Shown: positions 18,896 through 30,296 of the stretch, one piece after another
How positions within the stretch are numbered: the stretch's first letter is position 1
Layout: each line of letters starts with the position of its first letter
Origin: a virus
Strand: one strand, 5' to 3'
Length of the DNA stretch: 64,000 nucleotides
IMG/VR virus record: IMGVR_UViG_3300020048_000036
Span: 32,001-96,000 of that record
Made by a program: the position numbers and the translations under genes
Notes under the pieces: generated by a model
What the model was told of the DNA's origin: nothing
Database searches by the model: none
Seen by the model: the letters and a program-made list of their open reading frames with translations, nothing else

Positions 18896-21800
18896 ATGAC
18901 CCAAGAAGAACTAAACCAATTACTTACTACAAATACCCCTACAACTAACGTAGCTCCACAGGAACCATTGGATTTTAACAAACTGTTATCTTCTGATGCT
19001 CCCGTAGGACAACTTATAGGAACGGAGAAGTTTATTAAGAGGGATATATACAATCCCAACTTAACCAATGCTGTTAGACCAATAGCGTTTAATGACATCT
19101 ATGCTTATACTGGCCCCAATTCAGGTTTTTTCCGTAAGTACCCTACATTTACCCCAGGTGAAAACAACGAGGTTATAAGTGCTGCAAACCAAAGTGGTTG
19201 GGAACTAACAGGTAATACATTAATGACATTCGGTACATTAATGGGTAGCACTATTGCCAATTATTTTGGTTCTACTGCTGCTAACATAGGAAAAATTGCA
19301 TCAGGTGATTATGAAAATTTCTTTGACTCTGAACTTACTGAATTTGCGGCAGGTGTTACGGAAGGGGTACAATGGAAATACCCTATTTACTCTACGGCAG
19401 AAATGCAGCAATACGAAGCAAACAATGTAGGTGCAGGGGCTTCAATAGGTAAATTCATTCCTGGTATTTCACCAAATTTTGGCAGGTACTCCGCAAGGCT
19501 TTTAGGCCAGTTAGGTTTTTCCGCAGGTACAGTAGTTACAGCCATAGGAGAAGAAATAGCTTTGGCTGCACTTACAGCAGAGGCAGGTGGAGCAGGTGCA
19601 ATAGTTAACGCACCAAGACAATTGTACAAAGTATTTAGGTCTTTCTCACAAGTATTAAAAAATGCTGATAGACTTTCAGACCTATACAAAACTACAAATA
19701 CTCTTGAGAAAGTAGGTAAGTCAGGTGTGTTTCTGTTACGTGAGGCAAATAGGGCTACAGGTGAAGCTAGGCTAGAAGCATTAATGGCTTCCGAAGCATT
19801 CAAGGTAAAAGAACTACAAGCCCTAGAAGAAAAAGGTATCTTTCCTACAGCAGAACAGCTTTTACAAATAGAGTTACAATCAGAGAAAGTAGGTAATGCT
19901 ACATTCAACTGGAACATGCCTATACTTATGGCTAGTAACATTATTATGTTAAACAACATAATAAAACCCAAGTCACTAAGTACTGGAAAACTAACATCAG
20001 AAGCCTCAAAGGTAGCTTTTAAAGATGGTGTATGGAGCACAAATAAGGAACTTATTAAAAATGGTTTCTTAAAATCCGTAGACCCTGCTTGGAACTGGTT
20101 GAAAAAAGCACCAGCGGTAACTTTTTCGGAGGGTATAGAAGAGGTAGCACAAGGTATAGGTAGCCGTGCAGCAGAACAATACTATAGTCTTCAAAATACC
20201 GATGCAGGTAAATCCAATACTAATTTTATACAATCTTTGGGAACCGAATTTTCACGTAGTTTCAGTACTGGTGAGGGTTGGGACGAGTTTGTGTCAGGAG
20301 CACTCACAGGTCTTTTGATTGGTAGTGGTCCTAACGCAATGAAAGTAAGGGAAGAGTATAGGGGCGCAACGGAAGTACGTGACCTACTTAACACCACTGC
20401 TAATGATTTAGTAAACAGTATCAACTACAAGAACCTCACAGAACAGGTTAACATGGCGGGAAAATCCGCAAATGAACTTGAAAAAGGTAATGTAAAGGCT
20501 GCAAAGGATATTCGTAATCAAGCTATGGTGGGTTTCTTCCAAGTAGCAAGGCGCACGGGAAAAGACAAAGAAGCAATCACAGAACTTATAGGTTACCTTA
20601 ACAACGCAAAAGACGAGAACAGGTTAGCAGTAGAGGAAATAACCAAGGACAAGACTATTGAGGAGTACCAAGCAGAACTTAATAAAAAATACGATGAGTA
20701 CACCAAGATAGCGGATATGTCCGAAAACCTGTTTTCAAAGGAACTAACTTCGGGGACAAAGATTGACCAAGGTGTAGCGGAGTTTGTAAAGAACCAATAT
20801 GTTACTGCTTTGATGGGCAGTTCTGATGCTCGTGAAAGGGTAGCTAGTATTAGTAGGGACCTAAATACCCTAACCCAAAACTCAAAGAACTCGTCTAAAA
20901 TAAATGAACTTACAAGGAACGTATTTGATTCCGAGGAACTTGCCCGTGTTATAGGCCAAGTAAGTTCTTCTATTGAAACTACAGAGGATTTCTTAACTAA
21001 TGTAAAAATAACCAAAGAAGAGCGTTACGCAAAGAACCAAGAACTAGAAGCGAATAGGAAACACCTTGCTAACCTACAATTGGTTAATGATGCGTTGTAT
21101 GGTACAAAAGAGAAATACTCTCCTGCACAAGCAAGTAAAAGGATTGTAGAGGCAATTAAGAATTATGACTCTAACGTAAATGTAGAGGAAGTTCAAAAAT
21201 TGGTAGATGACATGGTTCAACTTGAAACAGAGAATGAACAATTGACCTTTTTCGCCAACTACCTACACAATCCCCAATTCAGAAGCAAGTTTTATAATGC
21301 TGCAAAGGACATGCAGGATAAGTATAACAAAACACCCAAAGAAACTTCCGCACAAGAAACTGCACCGACAAGTCCAGAACAAGTAAATGAAACTTTAACT
21401 AATTCAGGACTTACAAAGGATAGTGTTGATACAGCAGTAACAGAGCTAAACAAAATCACCGAAAATGACGGGGTGTTTGAATATGCAGGTAATAGTTACG
21501 ATACAATAGAGGAAGCAAGAGAAGCAGTAGTAGAGAATTTACCAGTATCAGATAGGGCTTCCGCAAGAACAGTATTACCATCATTAGTACAACAAGCAGA
21601 AGCACAAAACGCACCACAAGAAATAGAGCGTGTTTCCACGGAACCAGTTACCCAAGCCGAATATGATAAATTCAAGGAAACCAATACAATCCCCGAAGAT
21701 GTAAGGACAAAATTATTTAATATTGACGGTGCTCTAACAACTCAAGAACAGGAGATGTTTGATTTCTTGCTTGAGGAAGATAAGAGTACCCAAACAGTAA

Positions 21801-24800
21801 CTAACACGGAAAAAGTACTTACGCCAAAAACAATGGCAGATGTACGTAAAGACCCGTTGGGATGGGGAGCTGGTTCCGATTCTGGAATATTAACTAACTA
21901 TTATAATGTAGTTGTAGGAAGGATATATGATAGTTTACCTTTTGCGCTTAAAATTTTGGGCCTAAAAACCTTACTTAAAGACTTTAAAGGAATAACCATT
22001 TCTACAATAAACCTTAATGACAATGTAATTAAGGACAATGTAAATACAATTGAAAAAGTTACGGTTGAACAAATAAGGACTGATATAGATGATAGAGGTT
22101 ATTCAGTTATCAAGGATAACAAAGGTAGGTTAATTATAGTAAGCAGGGGTAATAGGCTTGAAGCCAAAAATCTAATATCCAAACCAGTTGCAGAGGGTGG
22201 ATTAGGGTTGTATATGAACCCAAGTGCATACGGACGTTTTACGGAAGTACGTCAAGGTGGGCCAAAGGGAAAAACAATAGCTAGTTCTTTTGGTGAGGAG
22301 TCTTTTAATGTAGAATCATCCCGTGCAATAGCAACCGTTAGGAAGGGGGACAAGATTCAAGTATTCATTCCAAATAACAAATTTAACCAAGACTTATTAA
22401 AAACATTCCGCAAAGCCAAGGATGTAGAAAAAGCTTTTGCAAAACTAAAAGAAAGCCTTGTAATTGAACTTCGTAAAAACGGAGCCACAATAGGTGTGAT
22501 GAGGGCGGGGGATTACTTTAACGAGGATTCCAAAATGTCTCCAAAGGTCAAGTCATTTAGGGACAAAGCCGTAACAACCGCTTTGCTTACCCAACTAGGA
22601 CAAGAGGATATTATGATTGGTACTGTAGGTGTGTCAAGTATTGTAGCACAGCATACAGTAAATGTAAATGATAATGGTGATTATGTTTTCACCACACTTT
22701 CGGATTATGAACAATCCCAAAAGAGGAACAAGGACATCAAAATCACCTATTTTGTTGGTAATACCACCGAAACCGCTATTGATAAGAATGGTAAAGAGAT
22801 TTCCCGCAGCAGCGTTGGACGTGTAAAATCATTTATACCAAATGCTATTTATGTACAAATCAAGAACACCAAGACAGGTGAAGAGGCTTTGTTACAGGCA
22901 GTTGCGGAAGAAGCCCTAACATTTTCGCAAGAAGACTTGAAGAACAATGATTTTAAACAACAACTATCAATAAACCTACAACCCTCTGAAAGCCCATTAA
23001 TATCAAAAAGGGTAGCAATAGACGAAAACACATTCTCATCTAGTACAAGGGAAGAAACAAACAAAGCGGAACTAAGGCAAGAACTTGAAACAGCTCTTTC
23101 CGAAAGTCAAAATCTTACACTAGATTTGGGTGGAGTACAATTACCTTTAACTAATGTTGAAGCAGACTATGACTTACAAATCGTAACAGGTGTTGACCCT
23201 AATGGAAATAACCAAGTACTAAGTTTCCTTAATATAACTGGTGTATCGGAATATATAGATGTCCCGCAAGAAACCACTACAACCAATGAAGTTGTAAATG
23301 AAGAAACAACTAATGAGGTTGTGACTGACCCCACCACCACAACGGAACCACTTGAAGAAAGTATTCCTGAACTAAATACTGAACAAAAAGAAGATTGGAT
23401 AAAAGAAAACGGAGAGGTAGGAAAAACATATACGTTAGAAGATGGAACAACATTAGTTATCCAAAGGAAAGATGAAAACGGAACCGTAATTACAAAAGGT
23501 GGTTTCCTAATCAGGTTCAAACCAGATGGCTCCGAAGAAAGCATAGATATTCTAAAAACACTTGAAGAAATAGAAAATACAACTTTTTCGGAAGAAAATC
23601 TCTATAATATTTGGATTTCTCAAAAAGAAGGTTTATCTTTGAGGGATGAAATGATATTAGTAGTAAACAGTGAAAGAATAGCTAAGTTTAAAAAGACACA
23701 AGAACAAGTAATAAAGGACTTACAAAACGGATATGACAACTATCTTCCAATTGGCCTAAAGGATTTGTTAACAGCTTTAAATGTTAGACCAAATGAATTG
23801 ATGTTGGTACTTTCGCTAACCAACTTGGACTTGGTTCAAAAAGGAATAGAGGTGACTTCATTAGAACAACTAATGACAGAAGCCCAAGTTCCAACCGAAG
23901 TATCAGAAAGTATACAAGAGGTATTGTCTTTTGGAAGTTATATAGCTTTGTTCAATTTAGTAACAAGCGGAATACAAGTAAATGTAAGCAACAGAAAGTA
24001 TGAGCAAGGAGTACAACTTATGATGGAATTTGCCGACACTAACGCAGAAAATGCTATTAATGTTGAGATTTCCCAACAAGACGAGGAACTTATGGAAGCG
24101 ACCAATAAATTCGCAAAAGGCTTTAAATCACTTATGGGAAAACAAGGCTTGTTCGTGAAGGGATTAAACACATTAAGTGAATTAGCTAGTGACCAGATTA
24201 AGAGTGTTGCTACTGCTGTTAAAAACTTTGTGCTTACAAGCAATTATGACCAAGGGGATAATTTCATTAAGGCTTTTGTAACATTAAATCAAGCACTCCG
24301 TCCACATGGACTTGAAGTAAACTTGGAAAACCTGATAAAAGTAGAACCAAAAGGAATGTTTGACGTGGGCGTTGATTTCATACAGATTAACGATACAAAA
24401 AACTTCCTTAAAGAGTTCGATGATATATTGATGCAAAAGGAAAACCAAGAAAGGATTACCAACGGTAAGAACACAATTTTGATTAAGAGGGATAACGGTG
24501 GTCTATTTGAACTCCCAATACGTCAGATAAGCACTGTAATGAACGAAAACGAACAAAACGATAGTGTATACTTAAATGACATTTTAGAGCCTGTAGGTGT
24601 CTCTATTGAGGATATTTACGTAATTGCTAACCATACTGTTAACGGAAACGCAACTAGTCTTATTGAACGTAGTATTAGGAGGGTTAACCAAGAAACATTG
24701 GAAGCAAGGGAATCCTTTGTAGTTAATAGGGAACCAACAATAAATGGAAGTTCGCAAGAGGAATATTTTAACAAGAGCAAAGTAGAGAAAGAAGTAAAAA

Positions 24801-24817
24801 CCAAAACTTGTAGTTAA
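18896..24817 (+). CDS. Giant putative ejection protein with hydrophobic channel-like segments
   Basis: 1973 aa. Gly/Ala-rich hydrophobic segments near the N-terminus (GFSAGTVVTAIGEEIALAALTAEAGGAGAIV; FVSGALTGLLIG). Its only Cys is penultimate. Confidence 0.65.
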   Translation: MTQEELNQLLTTNTPTTNVAPQEPLDFNKLLSSDAPVGQLIGTEKFIKRDIYNPNLTNAVRPIAFNDIYAYTGPNSGFFRKYPTFTPGENNEVISAANQSGWELTGNTLMTFGTLMGSTIANYFGSTAANIGKIASGDYENFFDSELTEFAAGVTEGVQWKYPIYSTAEMQQYEANNVGAGASIGKFIPGISPNFGRYSARLLGQLGFSAGTVVTAIGEEIALAALTAEAGGAGAIVNAPRQLYKVFRSFSQVLKNADRLSDLYKTTNTLEKVGKSGVFLLREANRATGEARLEALMASEAFKVKELQALEEKGIFPTAEQLLQIELQSEKVGNATFNWNMPILMASNIIMLNNIIKPKSLSTGKLTSEASKVAFKDGVWSTNKELIKNGFLKSVDPAWNWLKKAPAVTFSEGIEEVAQGIGSRAAEQYYSLQNTDAGKSNTNFIQSLGTEFSRSFSTGEGWDEFVSGALTGLLIGSGPNAMKVREEYRGATEVRDLLNTTANDLVNSINYKNLTEQVNMAGKSANELEKGNVKAAKDIRNQAMVGFFQVARRTGKDKEAITELIGYLNNAKDENRLAVEEITKDKTIEEYQAELNKKYDEYTKIADMSENLFSKELTSGTKIDQGVAEFVKNQYVTALMGSSDARERVASISRDLNTLTQNSKNSSKINELTRNVFDSEELARVIGQVSSSIETTEDFLTNVKITKEERYAKNQELEANRKHLANLQLVNDALYGTKEKYSPAQASKRIVEAIKNYDSNVNVEEVQKLVDDMVQLETENEQLTFFANYLHNPQFRSKFYNAAKDMQDKYNKTPKETSAQETAPTSPEQVNETLTNSGLTKDSVDTAVTELNKITENDGVFEYAGNSYDTIEEAREAVVENLPVSDRASARTVLPSLVQQAEAQNAPQEIERVSTEPVTQAEYDKFKETNTIPEDVRTKLFNIDGALTTQEQEMFDFLLEEDKSTQTVTNTEKVLTPKTMADVRKDPLGWGAGSDSGILTNYYNVVVGRIYDSLPFALKILGLKTLLKDFKGITISTINLNDNVIKDNVNTIEKVTVEQIRTDIDDRGYSVIKDNKGRLIIVSRGNRLEAKNLISKPVAEGGLGLYMNPSAYGRFTEVRQGGPKGKTIASSFGEESFNVESSRAIATVRKGDKIQVFIPNNKFNQDLLKTFRKAKDVEKAFAKLKESLVIELRKNGATIGVMRAGDYFNEDSKMSPKVKSFRDKAVTTALLTQLGQEDIMIGTVGVSSIVAQHTVNVNDNGDYVFTTLSDYEQSQKRNKDIKITYFVGNTTETAIDKNGKEISRSSVGRVKSFIPNAIYVQIKNTKTGEEALLQAVAEEALTFSQEDLKNNDFKQQLSINLQPSESPLISKRVAIDENTFSSSTREETNKAELRQELETALSESQNLTLDLGGVQLPLTNVEADYDLQIVTGVDPNGNNQVLSFLNITGVSEYIDVPQETTTTNEVVNEETTNEVVTDPTTTTEPLEESIPELNTEQKEDWIKENGEVGKTYTLEDGTTLVIQRKDENGTVITKGGFLIRFKPDGSEESIDILKTLEEIENTTFSEENLYNIWISQKEGLSLRDEMILVVNSERIAKFKKTQEQVIKDLQNGYDNYLPIGLKDLLTALNVRPNELMLVLSLTNLDLVQKGIEVTSLEQLMTEAQVPTEVSESIQEVLSFGSYIALFNLVTSGIQVNVSNRKYEQGVQLMMEFADTNAENAINVEISQQDEELMEATNKFAKGFKSLMGKQGLFVKGLNTLSELASDQIKSVATAVKNFVLTSNYDQGDNFIKAFVTLNQALRPHGLEVNLENLIKVEPKGMFDVGVDFIQINDTKNFLKEFDDILMQKENQERITNGKNTILIKRDNGGLFELPIRQISTVMNENEQNDSVYLNDILEPVGVSIEDIYVIANHTVNGNATSLIERSIRRVNQETLEARESFVVNREPTINGSSQEEYFNKSKVEKEVKTKTCS

Positions 24818-24818
24818 C

Positions 24819-27800
24819 ATGGCTTGTACAATTAAAAGAGATGAAAACGGAATAATAAGTGTACTAGCTGAAAATGGTAATAAATCACTATTATACCAAT
24901 CTATACTTAAACTGCCCTTCACCAAAAGTGAAGAGGATGCGCTTAATTATTACCAAGCAGCGTTAAAATACAAAGGTTCAGATTATCTAGTTGACATTAA
25001 TAATGAGCCTATTTTAATGTTTGCCTCACTTTCCGCATCAAACACCCTCGCTCTACCAAATAAAACAGTACTTACGTCATCTTATACAGAAGCACTTGCC
25101 CAAGATAAGGAGCAGAAAGGTATTGAAGTAGGATTTTTAAAGAAAAGCAAACCACTTGATTTAGGTCAAATCTCCGACAATAACTTCTTTTCAAAAATGC
25201 GGAACATTTCCGCAAGGACCAACGGTCAAGTGATAGGACACAATGAAAGCGGAACAATACTTGTATCAGACCCATCAACAAATAACTTCAAACCAATTAC
25301 AAAAGTAAACCCCCAAGCAATTGATAATACTCTAGGTGGTTTTATACAAAATTTGGTAAGCAGTAACTTAATCAAAGCCGAGAAAATCCCCGCAACAAAC
25401 CTACAACAAGAAGAATCAACTGTAGTTTTTAAGGTATTTGATATGGGAAACAACGACATATCAGTAATGGCTATTGAGGAAGGAAGAAAAATAGGTGTAC
25501 TACGTTTAATAAAGAAAGGGGATATAATCCAAGTACGTGAAGTAAGAGTAGATAAGGGTAATAGAAAGAAAGGTATAGGAAGGGAACTGTACTTTACTGC
25601 AAGGGAAGAACTGGGCCAGGATATATACTCAGATGCTTTCCATTCCCCCGAAGTTATTATGTTGTGGGAGAGTTTAGTACGTGATGGTTTTGCTGAAAAA
25701 ATAGGACCCAAAACTACACCTGTTACTAAAAGAACAGAGGAAGTAAGTAAAGGTGTAGAAGCCGTTAGGAAAATAGCAGCAGAGTATAAAAAGTTGAACA
25801 AAATTAAAGGAACTGCACCTCTTGTTGTTACTGCGCTGGAAACTACTGTTTCAGAAGAAATGGCAAGAGAGTACGAGTTAGTAGAAGATAGGCCCAATAA
25901 CCCAGAAGTAAAGAAATCATATGCTGCTTTAATTGCAGAAACCATAGCACAGTATGATTTTATTGTAGGTAAAGGATTACAAGTAGAAAAATATCTAGGA
26001 AAAGGGGAACCTTACCAAGATTCTAAAGAAATGTTGGAAGATTTAAGAACCAATAATACTCTTAAATTCTTACCAAACGATGAGGCATTTGGCGAAGGTG
26101 CAGAAATATACAAAGACAGTATTGGTTTACAACCTAGTGGTAGATTTTTGGCAGATGGTTACCAATTAACTAACTCAGAAGTATTTAGGATTGTACATGA
26201 TTACTTTGGGCATGGTATACTGGGAAATCAATTTGGGGCAATCGGTGAAGAAAATGCAACACTACAACACTTGGATTTATACTCTGACGAAGCAAAACCT
26301 GCTGTTGTGTTCCAAACAAGGGGACAAAATAGTTGGGTAAACTTTTCTGGGGAAAATAAAGAAGTATTTTCAATGTTTGCCGAGGCAAAAAAGCTTAAAA
26401 ATGAAGGTAAATCAGAAGAGGCAAAAAAAGTTTTAGATAAAGCAAGGGAAGCGTTTAAATTTGCAAAACCAAAAGAAGGTATATTTAAAAACAAATACAA
26501 TTTCAAAAAATATGACACAGCAAGAAGAATCAGAGAGCAAGAACAAATCGAAAGAGCTAACGATGCCAGAACGAATGAAAGTAATGACTTACGAAACTCA
26601 TTACCAATCATTAGTAAAAACAATGTTACAACGAGGGGCATCAACAGAAGAAATAGACAAGGAAATACAAAAATACAGTCACATGTATTAAAAAATGTAA
26701 CTGAGGTATCTTTGTCCAGTGAAGCCCAAGAAGCCATTAAAAAGGCTTTTCCCAAAATAACGACTTTTCCTAAAATATTTGAAATAAAAGATGGAGCAGT
26801 ATATAGGGACTTACAGATAAAAGGACTTGAAGGAGTACCTATGTCTAGTTCTGTAACTATACATTCTACCGAAGAGTACAACACTATGAGGATGTTTGTA
26901 ACTGAGGATGGTTACACAGGTATTACTATAACAAAAGATGGTCACTTAGGAGGTGCATTTAGTAGTGAAAAATCAGGTAGAAGTGCAGATTTAGCGCAAC
27001 TAATGGTTATAGGGGTTAAGGAAGGAGCTACTAATGCAGAAGCATTTGATACATTTTTACCCGATTACTATACTAAGTTTGGGTTCAAAGCAGTAAGTAC
27101 TGTAGCTTTTAATGAAGAAGTTGCCGAGGGAAATGGTTGGAACTACGAAGAGTACAAAGGATACAATAACGGTAAACCTGATATAGTTCATTTTATCTAC
27201 GATGGGGGAGATAGGGCCACAATAGAGGAAAGGTTAGACCAATTTGACACGTACAGTGATTACCAAAAAGAGGAAGTTAAGAAGTTTGATAAAAACTCTT
27301 ATGATGAATCATATAAGTACATGGAAGTAGAGGTTGTAAAAAGGTACAACTTTGAGAAAGAACAAAATAGAACAGGGTACAAACTAACTAGTGTTCCAAG
27401 TGATATTAAATTCCAAACCTCTACTGTAGAAGAAGTTGTACAAGAAGAAGTAATAGATGAAGTAATAGGTAGGTTAAAATCAGCAGGACTAACAAGCAAC
27501 ATATTTCAACTTTCGCAAGAAGAAATCACCCAAAAATTAGAGCAATTAGGTAGCACACCTGTAAACAGTATTTCTAAAGGCTTTATAGTAACGGAGAACG
27601 GTCAGAAAAACGTGTATCTTAATAAAGATACTATGACATTGGATACACCTTTGCATGAGGTTGCGGGACATGCCATGCTGGATTTTGTAAAGGTAAAGGC
27701 AAGGAATATCTATGATAGGGGTATGACATTGGTAAGCCAAGAACTCCGCAAAGAAAATTCAAGCATCCAAGACGTAATAGATTATGTAAGAACCACACAA

Positions 27801-30293
27801 CCTACTTTAACAGGGGAAGCGTTAAATAATGAAATCCTAGCTGAATATATTGGTAGGGTAGGTTCAGAACTTATACAGAACCAAAAAAATCCCGCACTAA
27901 CAAAATGGCTAAGTGATTTATGGAATTTTGTAAAGAAATCCTTGGGTATTTTTGACAAAAACTTTGACCTAAACAACGCTACAATAAGGGATTTTGCGGA
28001 AGCAATGAGTATATCTACACTTAGAGGAGATAACGTAGCAGAACAGGCTCAAAACTACTTTGGAAGGGTTGCCGACAGACTTCCCCTAACCCTAGCGGTG
28101 TTCAATACAAAACCTTTCCAAGACTTAATAGGAAAACAAGTAAATCCAGTTACAATACAACAACTCCTAAACCAATCAGGAATAAAACAAATAGAAAAAG
28201 ACCTGATTAACCAAATAATCACAGACAACTACACTGGACAAAAGAAAATAGACTACAACGAACTAGAAGCAACGGTAAGGGCTAATATAATGCCATTAGA
28301 AAGGGTTATCACATCATCCTACGCTAATTATGGTATGAAAAATCTAGGTGATGGTAATTACGGTGATGCAAACACGCTTATCCTTAACGCACCTATAGAA
28401 CATGGAATTACAGGTCACTTTTCGGATGCATTCAAAGCCAGTGGTCGTAAAAACATCAAATACATACCTAAGCAATTAAACGACAATACTTGGGTAGCAG
28501 TAGAGGAAGGGTATGAAAGCCAAGCAAACAATAACAATATTTATCAGTTTGTAGGTACTGCTGGAACAAAAGAAGCTGTTGATAATTGGATTAATAACTA
28601 TGATGGAATAAAATATATTAAAATTGAAGAAGGAGTAAAAGTAAGGTATGAAGATAGCAGGGGGGTAATGCGAGATGCAACAGTGGTGTCTATATCCGAT
28701 AACAACGTAAAAGTAATAAATATAGTAGATGGTGAGTTTTACGAAGCGGATATATCAAATTTTAGACCTATTGGTTTAGATGCTGTACAAGAAATAAACA
28801 AAGGCATGTTTGGTCATATCCGTGTATGGCAAGACAATACAGATTTCTATGTAGCAGAGCTTCAATCGGACTACTTTCAAAAATATAATGCGAGGAAAGA
28901 GTTTTTGGAAAATAATGAAGAGTTTAAAGAAATAAATAAAGAGTATAATACTCAAAAAGAAGAAATACAAGTTGATAAATTAAACTATAAACGACTTAAA
29001 GCAACAGAGGATGCGTTAGCTATTATAGAAAGTAATAGTAGAGTTAAAATTCAGCCTTATAAGTTGGAATTATACGATGGTACTTTAGACGAGGAATATT
29101 TATGGATTTTTGTTGATGGTAACCCTATAATTAAAGGCAGAGTAGCTACTAGTACTGGATATAGTACAGATTATCAAAGGGATTATTTGATAAAAGATAG
29201 AAACCTTGAATCTTTGTTTGAGTTGCTTGGGGAAGATTTCCAAGTTAGTTTCAACAAACAAATGCAAAAAAACCTTGATAATTTTGACCTTCAAGGGAAG
29301 TTATTAGAAAAAGAATACAACAAAAAAGTAGAAGCGTTACTAAGTGAATTACCACTACAACAAAAACAATTCATAGCATCCCAAAAAGAATGGGAAAAAC
29401 GTATGGTAAGGGAAGCTATAAAAGAAGCAGCATTATCAGGAGCAGAGACACTAAGGTTCCCTACACCATATACGTTAAGTGTTATTGAGGGTTATATTGA
29501 GGGTGCAAATGGTAGTGCTGTAGAGTTAGTAGGTACTAATGAGATAGGACAAGACGTTTACTATCTTGGTGAATTATATACTATAATGAATACTTACTAT
29601 GATGACAGTATAGACATTGCACCAGCAAATCAAGTAGATTCTGTGGATTTAGATACTTACATAGAATCAGAACAAGAGTTTAGGGTTGGTGATTATCTAT
29701 ATGAAATAACTGTTGGTAATACATATTCTTACAAAGAAGTTAAAAATTTATTTTCGGAAGCCCAACTTTACCTTGAAAATGAGTTAGAGAGTATAGCAGA
29801 AGAGCAGGGTATAGAAGTGGATGAAGCAAAATTAACCTTAACTCAAGGTATGGTTGATGATATTACGGAAGATATAAAAAGAAGTATTAAAGAGAATATA
29901 GATTATAGCCCTGAAAATTATTTTACCGATATGGGATATGATAATGTAGTGCTGTTTAATAATACTATTTATTATACTAGAGGTAGTGTTTCACTAGAAA
30001 ATGTATCTACTGCTACGAATCTTTCTGATAAAGATGATTTTACTATTGAAAGCCTAGATAACACCCAACAAACAGTAGCTAGAAAATATGAAGAGATAGC
30101 TGCAATTCTTACAAAAGAAAGGGGTGAAGATAATGTGGAAATTATAACAGATGATAACGGATTTGATTGGTATGAAACCAAGATACTATCATCGGAAACC
30201 CAAAACCCAGTTATAGCTTTTCAAAAATCAATTGACCAAGTTGTATCGGAAATGATTAGAAGCGGAGAAATTTCAGCAAACTGTAAATTATAG
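24819..30293 (+). CDS. Giant polyvalent ejection protein (GNAT-like, zincin-like and ELQSD domains)
   Basis: 1824 aa. Motifs: VRVDKGNRKKGIG (GNAT motif A), FRIVHDYFGH, AFDTFLPDYYTKFGF (second GNAT-like region), TPLHEVAGH and YVAELQSD. Confidence 0.7.
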   Translation: MACTIKRDENGIISVLAENGNKSLLYQSILKLPFTKSEEDALNYYQAALKYKGSDYLVDINNEPILMFASLSASNTLALPNKTVLTSSYTEALAQDKEQKGIEVGFLKKSKPLDLGQISDNNFFSKMRNISARTNGQVIGHNESGTILVSDPSTNNFKPITKVNPQAIDNTLGGFIQNLVSSNLIKAEKIPATNLQQEESTVVFKVFDMGNNDISVMAIEEGRKIGVLRLIKKGDIIQVREVRVDKGNRKKGIGRELYFTAREELGQDIYSDAFHSPEVIMLWESLVRDGFAEKIGPKTTPVTKRTEEVSKGVEAVRKIAAEYKKLNKIKGTAPLVVTALETTVSEEMAREYELVEDRPNNPEVKKSYAALIAETIAQYDFIVGKGLQVEKYLGKGEPYQDSKEMLEDLRTNNTLKFLPNDEAFGEGAEIYKDSIGLQPSGRFLADGYQLTNSEVFRIVHDYFGHGILGNQFGAIGEENATLQHLDLYSDEAKPAVVFQTRGQNSWVNFSGENKEVFSMFAEAKKLKNEGKSEEAKKVLDKAREAFKFAKPKEGIFKNKYNFKKYDTARRIREQEQIERANDARTNESNDLRNSLPIISKNNVTTRGINRRNRQGNTKIQSHVLKNVTEVSLSSEAQEAIKKAFPKITTFPKIFEIKDGAVYRDLQIKGLEGVPMSSSVTIHSTEEYNTMRMFVTEDGYTGITITKDGHLGGAFSSEKSGRSADLAQLMVIGVKEGATNAEAFDTFLPDYYTKFGFKAVSTVAFNEEVAEGNGWNYEEYKGYNNGKPDIVHFIYDGGDRATIEERLDQFDTYSDYQKEEVKKFDKNSYDESYKYMEVEVVKRYNFEKEQNRTGYKLTSVPSDIKFQTSTVEEVVQEEVIDEVIGRLKSAGLTSNIFQLSQEEITQKLEQLGSTPVNSISKGFIVTENGQKNVYLNKDTMTLDTPLHEVAGHAMLDFVKVKARNIYDRGMTLVSQELRKENSSIQDVIDYVRTTQPTLTGEALNNEILAEYIGRVGSELIQNQKNPALTKWLSDLWNFVKKSLGIFDKNFDLNNATIRDFAEAMSISTLRGDNVAEQAQNYFGRVADRLPLTLAVFNTKPFQDLIGKQVNPVTIQQLLNQSGIKQIEKDLINQIITDNYTGQKKIDYNELEATVRANIMPLERVITSSYANYGMKNLGDGNYGDANTLILNAPIEHGITGHFSDAFKASGRKNIKYIPKQLNDNTWVAVEEGYESQANNNNIYQFVGTAGTKEAVDNWINNYDGIKYIKIEEGVKVRYEDSRGVMRDATVVSISDNNVKVINIVDGEFYEADISNFRPIGLDAVQEINKGMFGHIRVWQDNTDFYVAELQSDYFQKYNARKEFLENNEEFKEINKEYNTQKEEIQVDKLNYKRLKATEDALAIIESNSRVKIQPYKLELYDGTLDEEYLWIFVDGNPIIKGRVATSTGYSTDYQRDYLIKDRNLESLFELLGEDFQVSFNKQMQKNLDNFDLQGKLLEKEYNKKVEALLSELPLQQKQFIASQKEWEKRMVREAIKEAALSGAETLRFPTPYTLSVIEGYIEGANGSAVELVGTNEIGQDVYYLGELYTIMNTYYDDSIDIAPANQVDSVDLDTYIESEQEFRVGDYLYEITVGNTYSYKEVKNLFSEAQLYLENELESIAEEQGIEVDEAKLTLTQGMVDDITEDIKRSIKENIDYSPENYFTDMGYDNVVLFNNTIYYTRGSVSLENVSTATNLSDKDDFTIESLDNTQQTVARKYEEIAAILTKERGEDNVEIITDDNGFDWYETKILSSETQNPVIAFQKSIDQVVSEMIRSGEISANCKL

Positions 30294-30296
30294 ATT

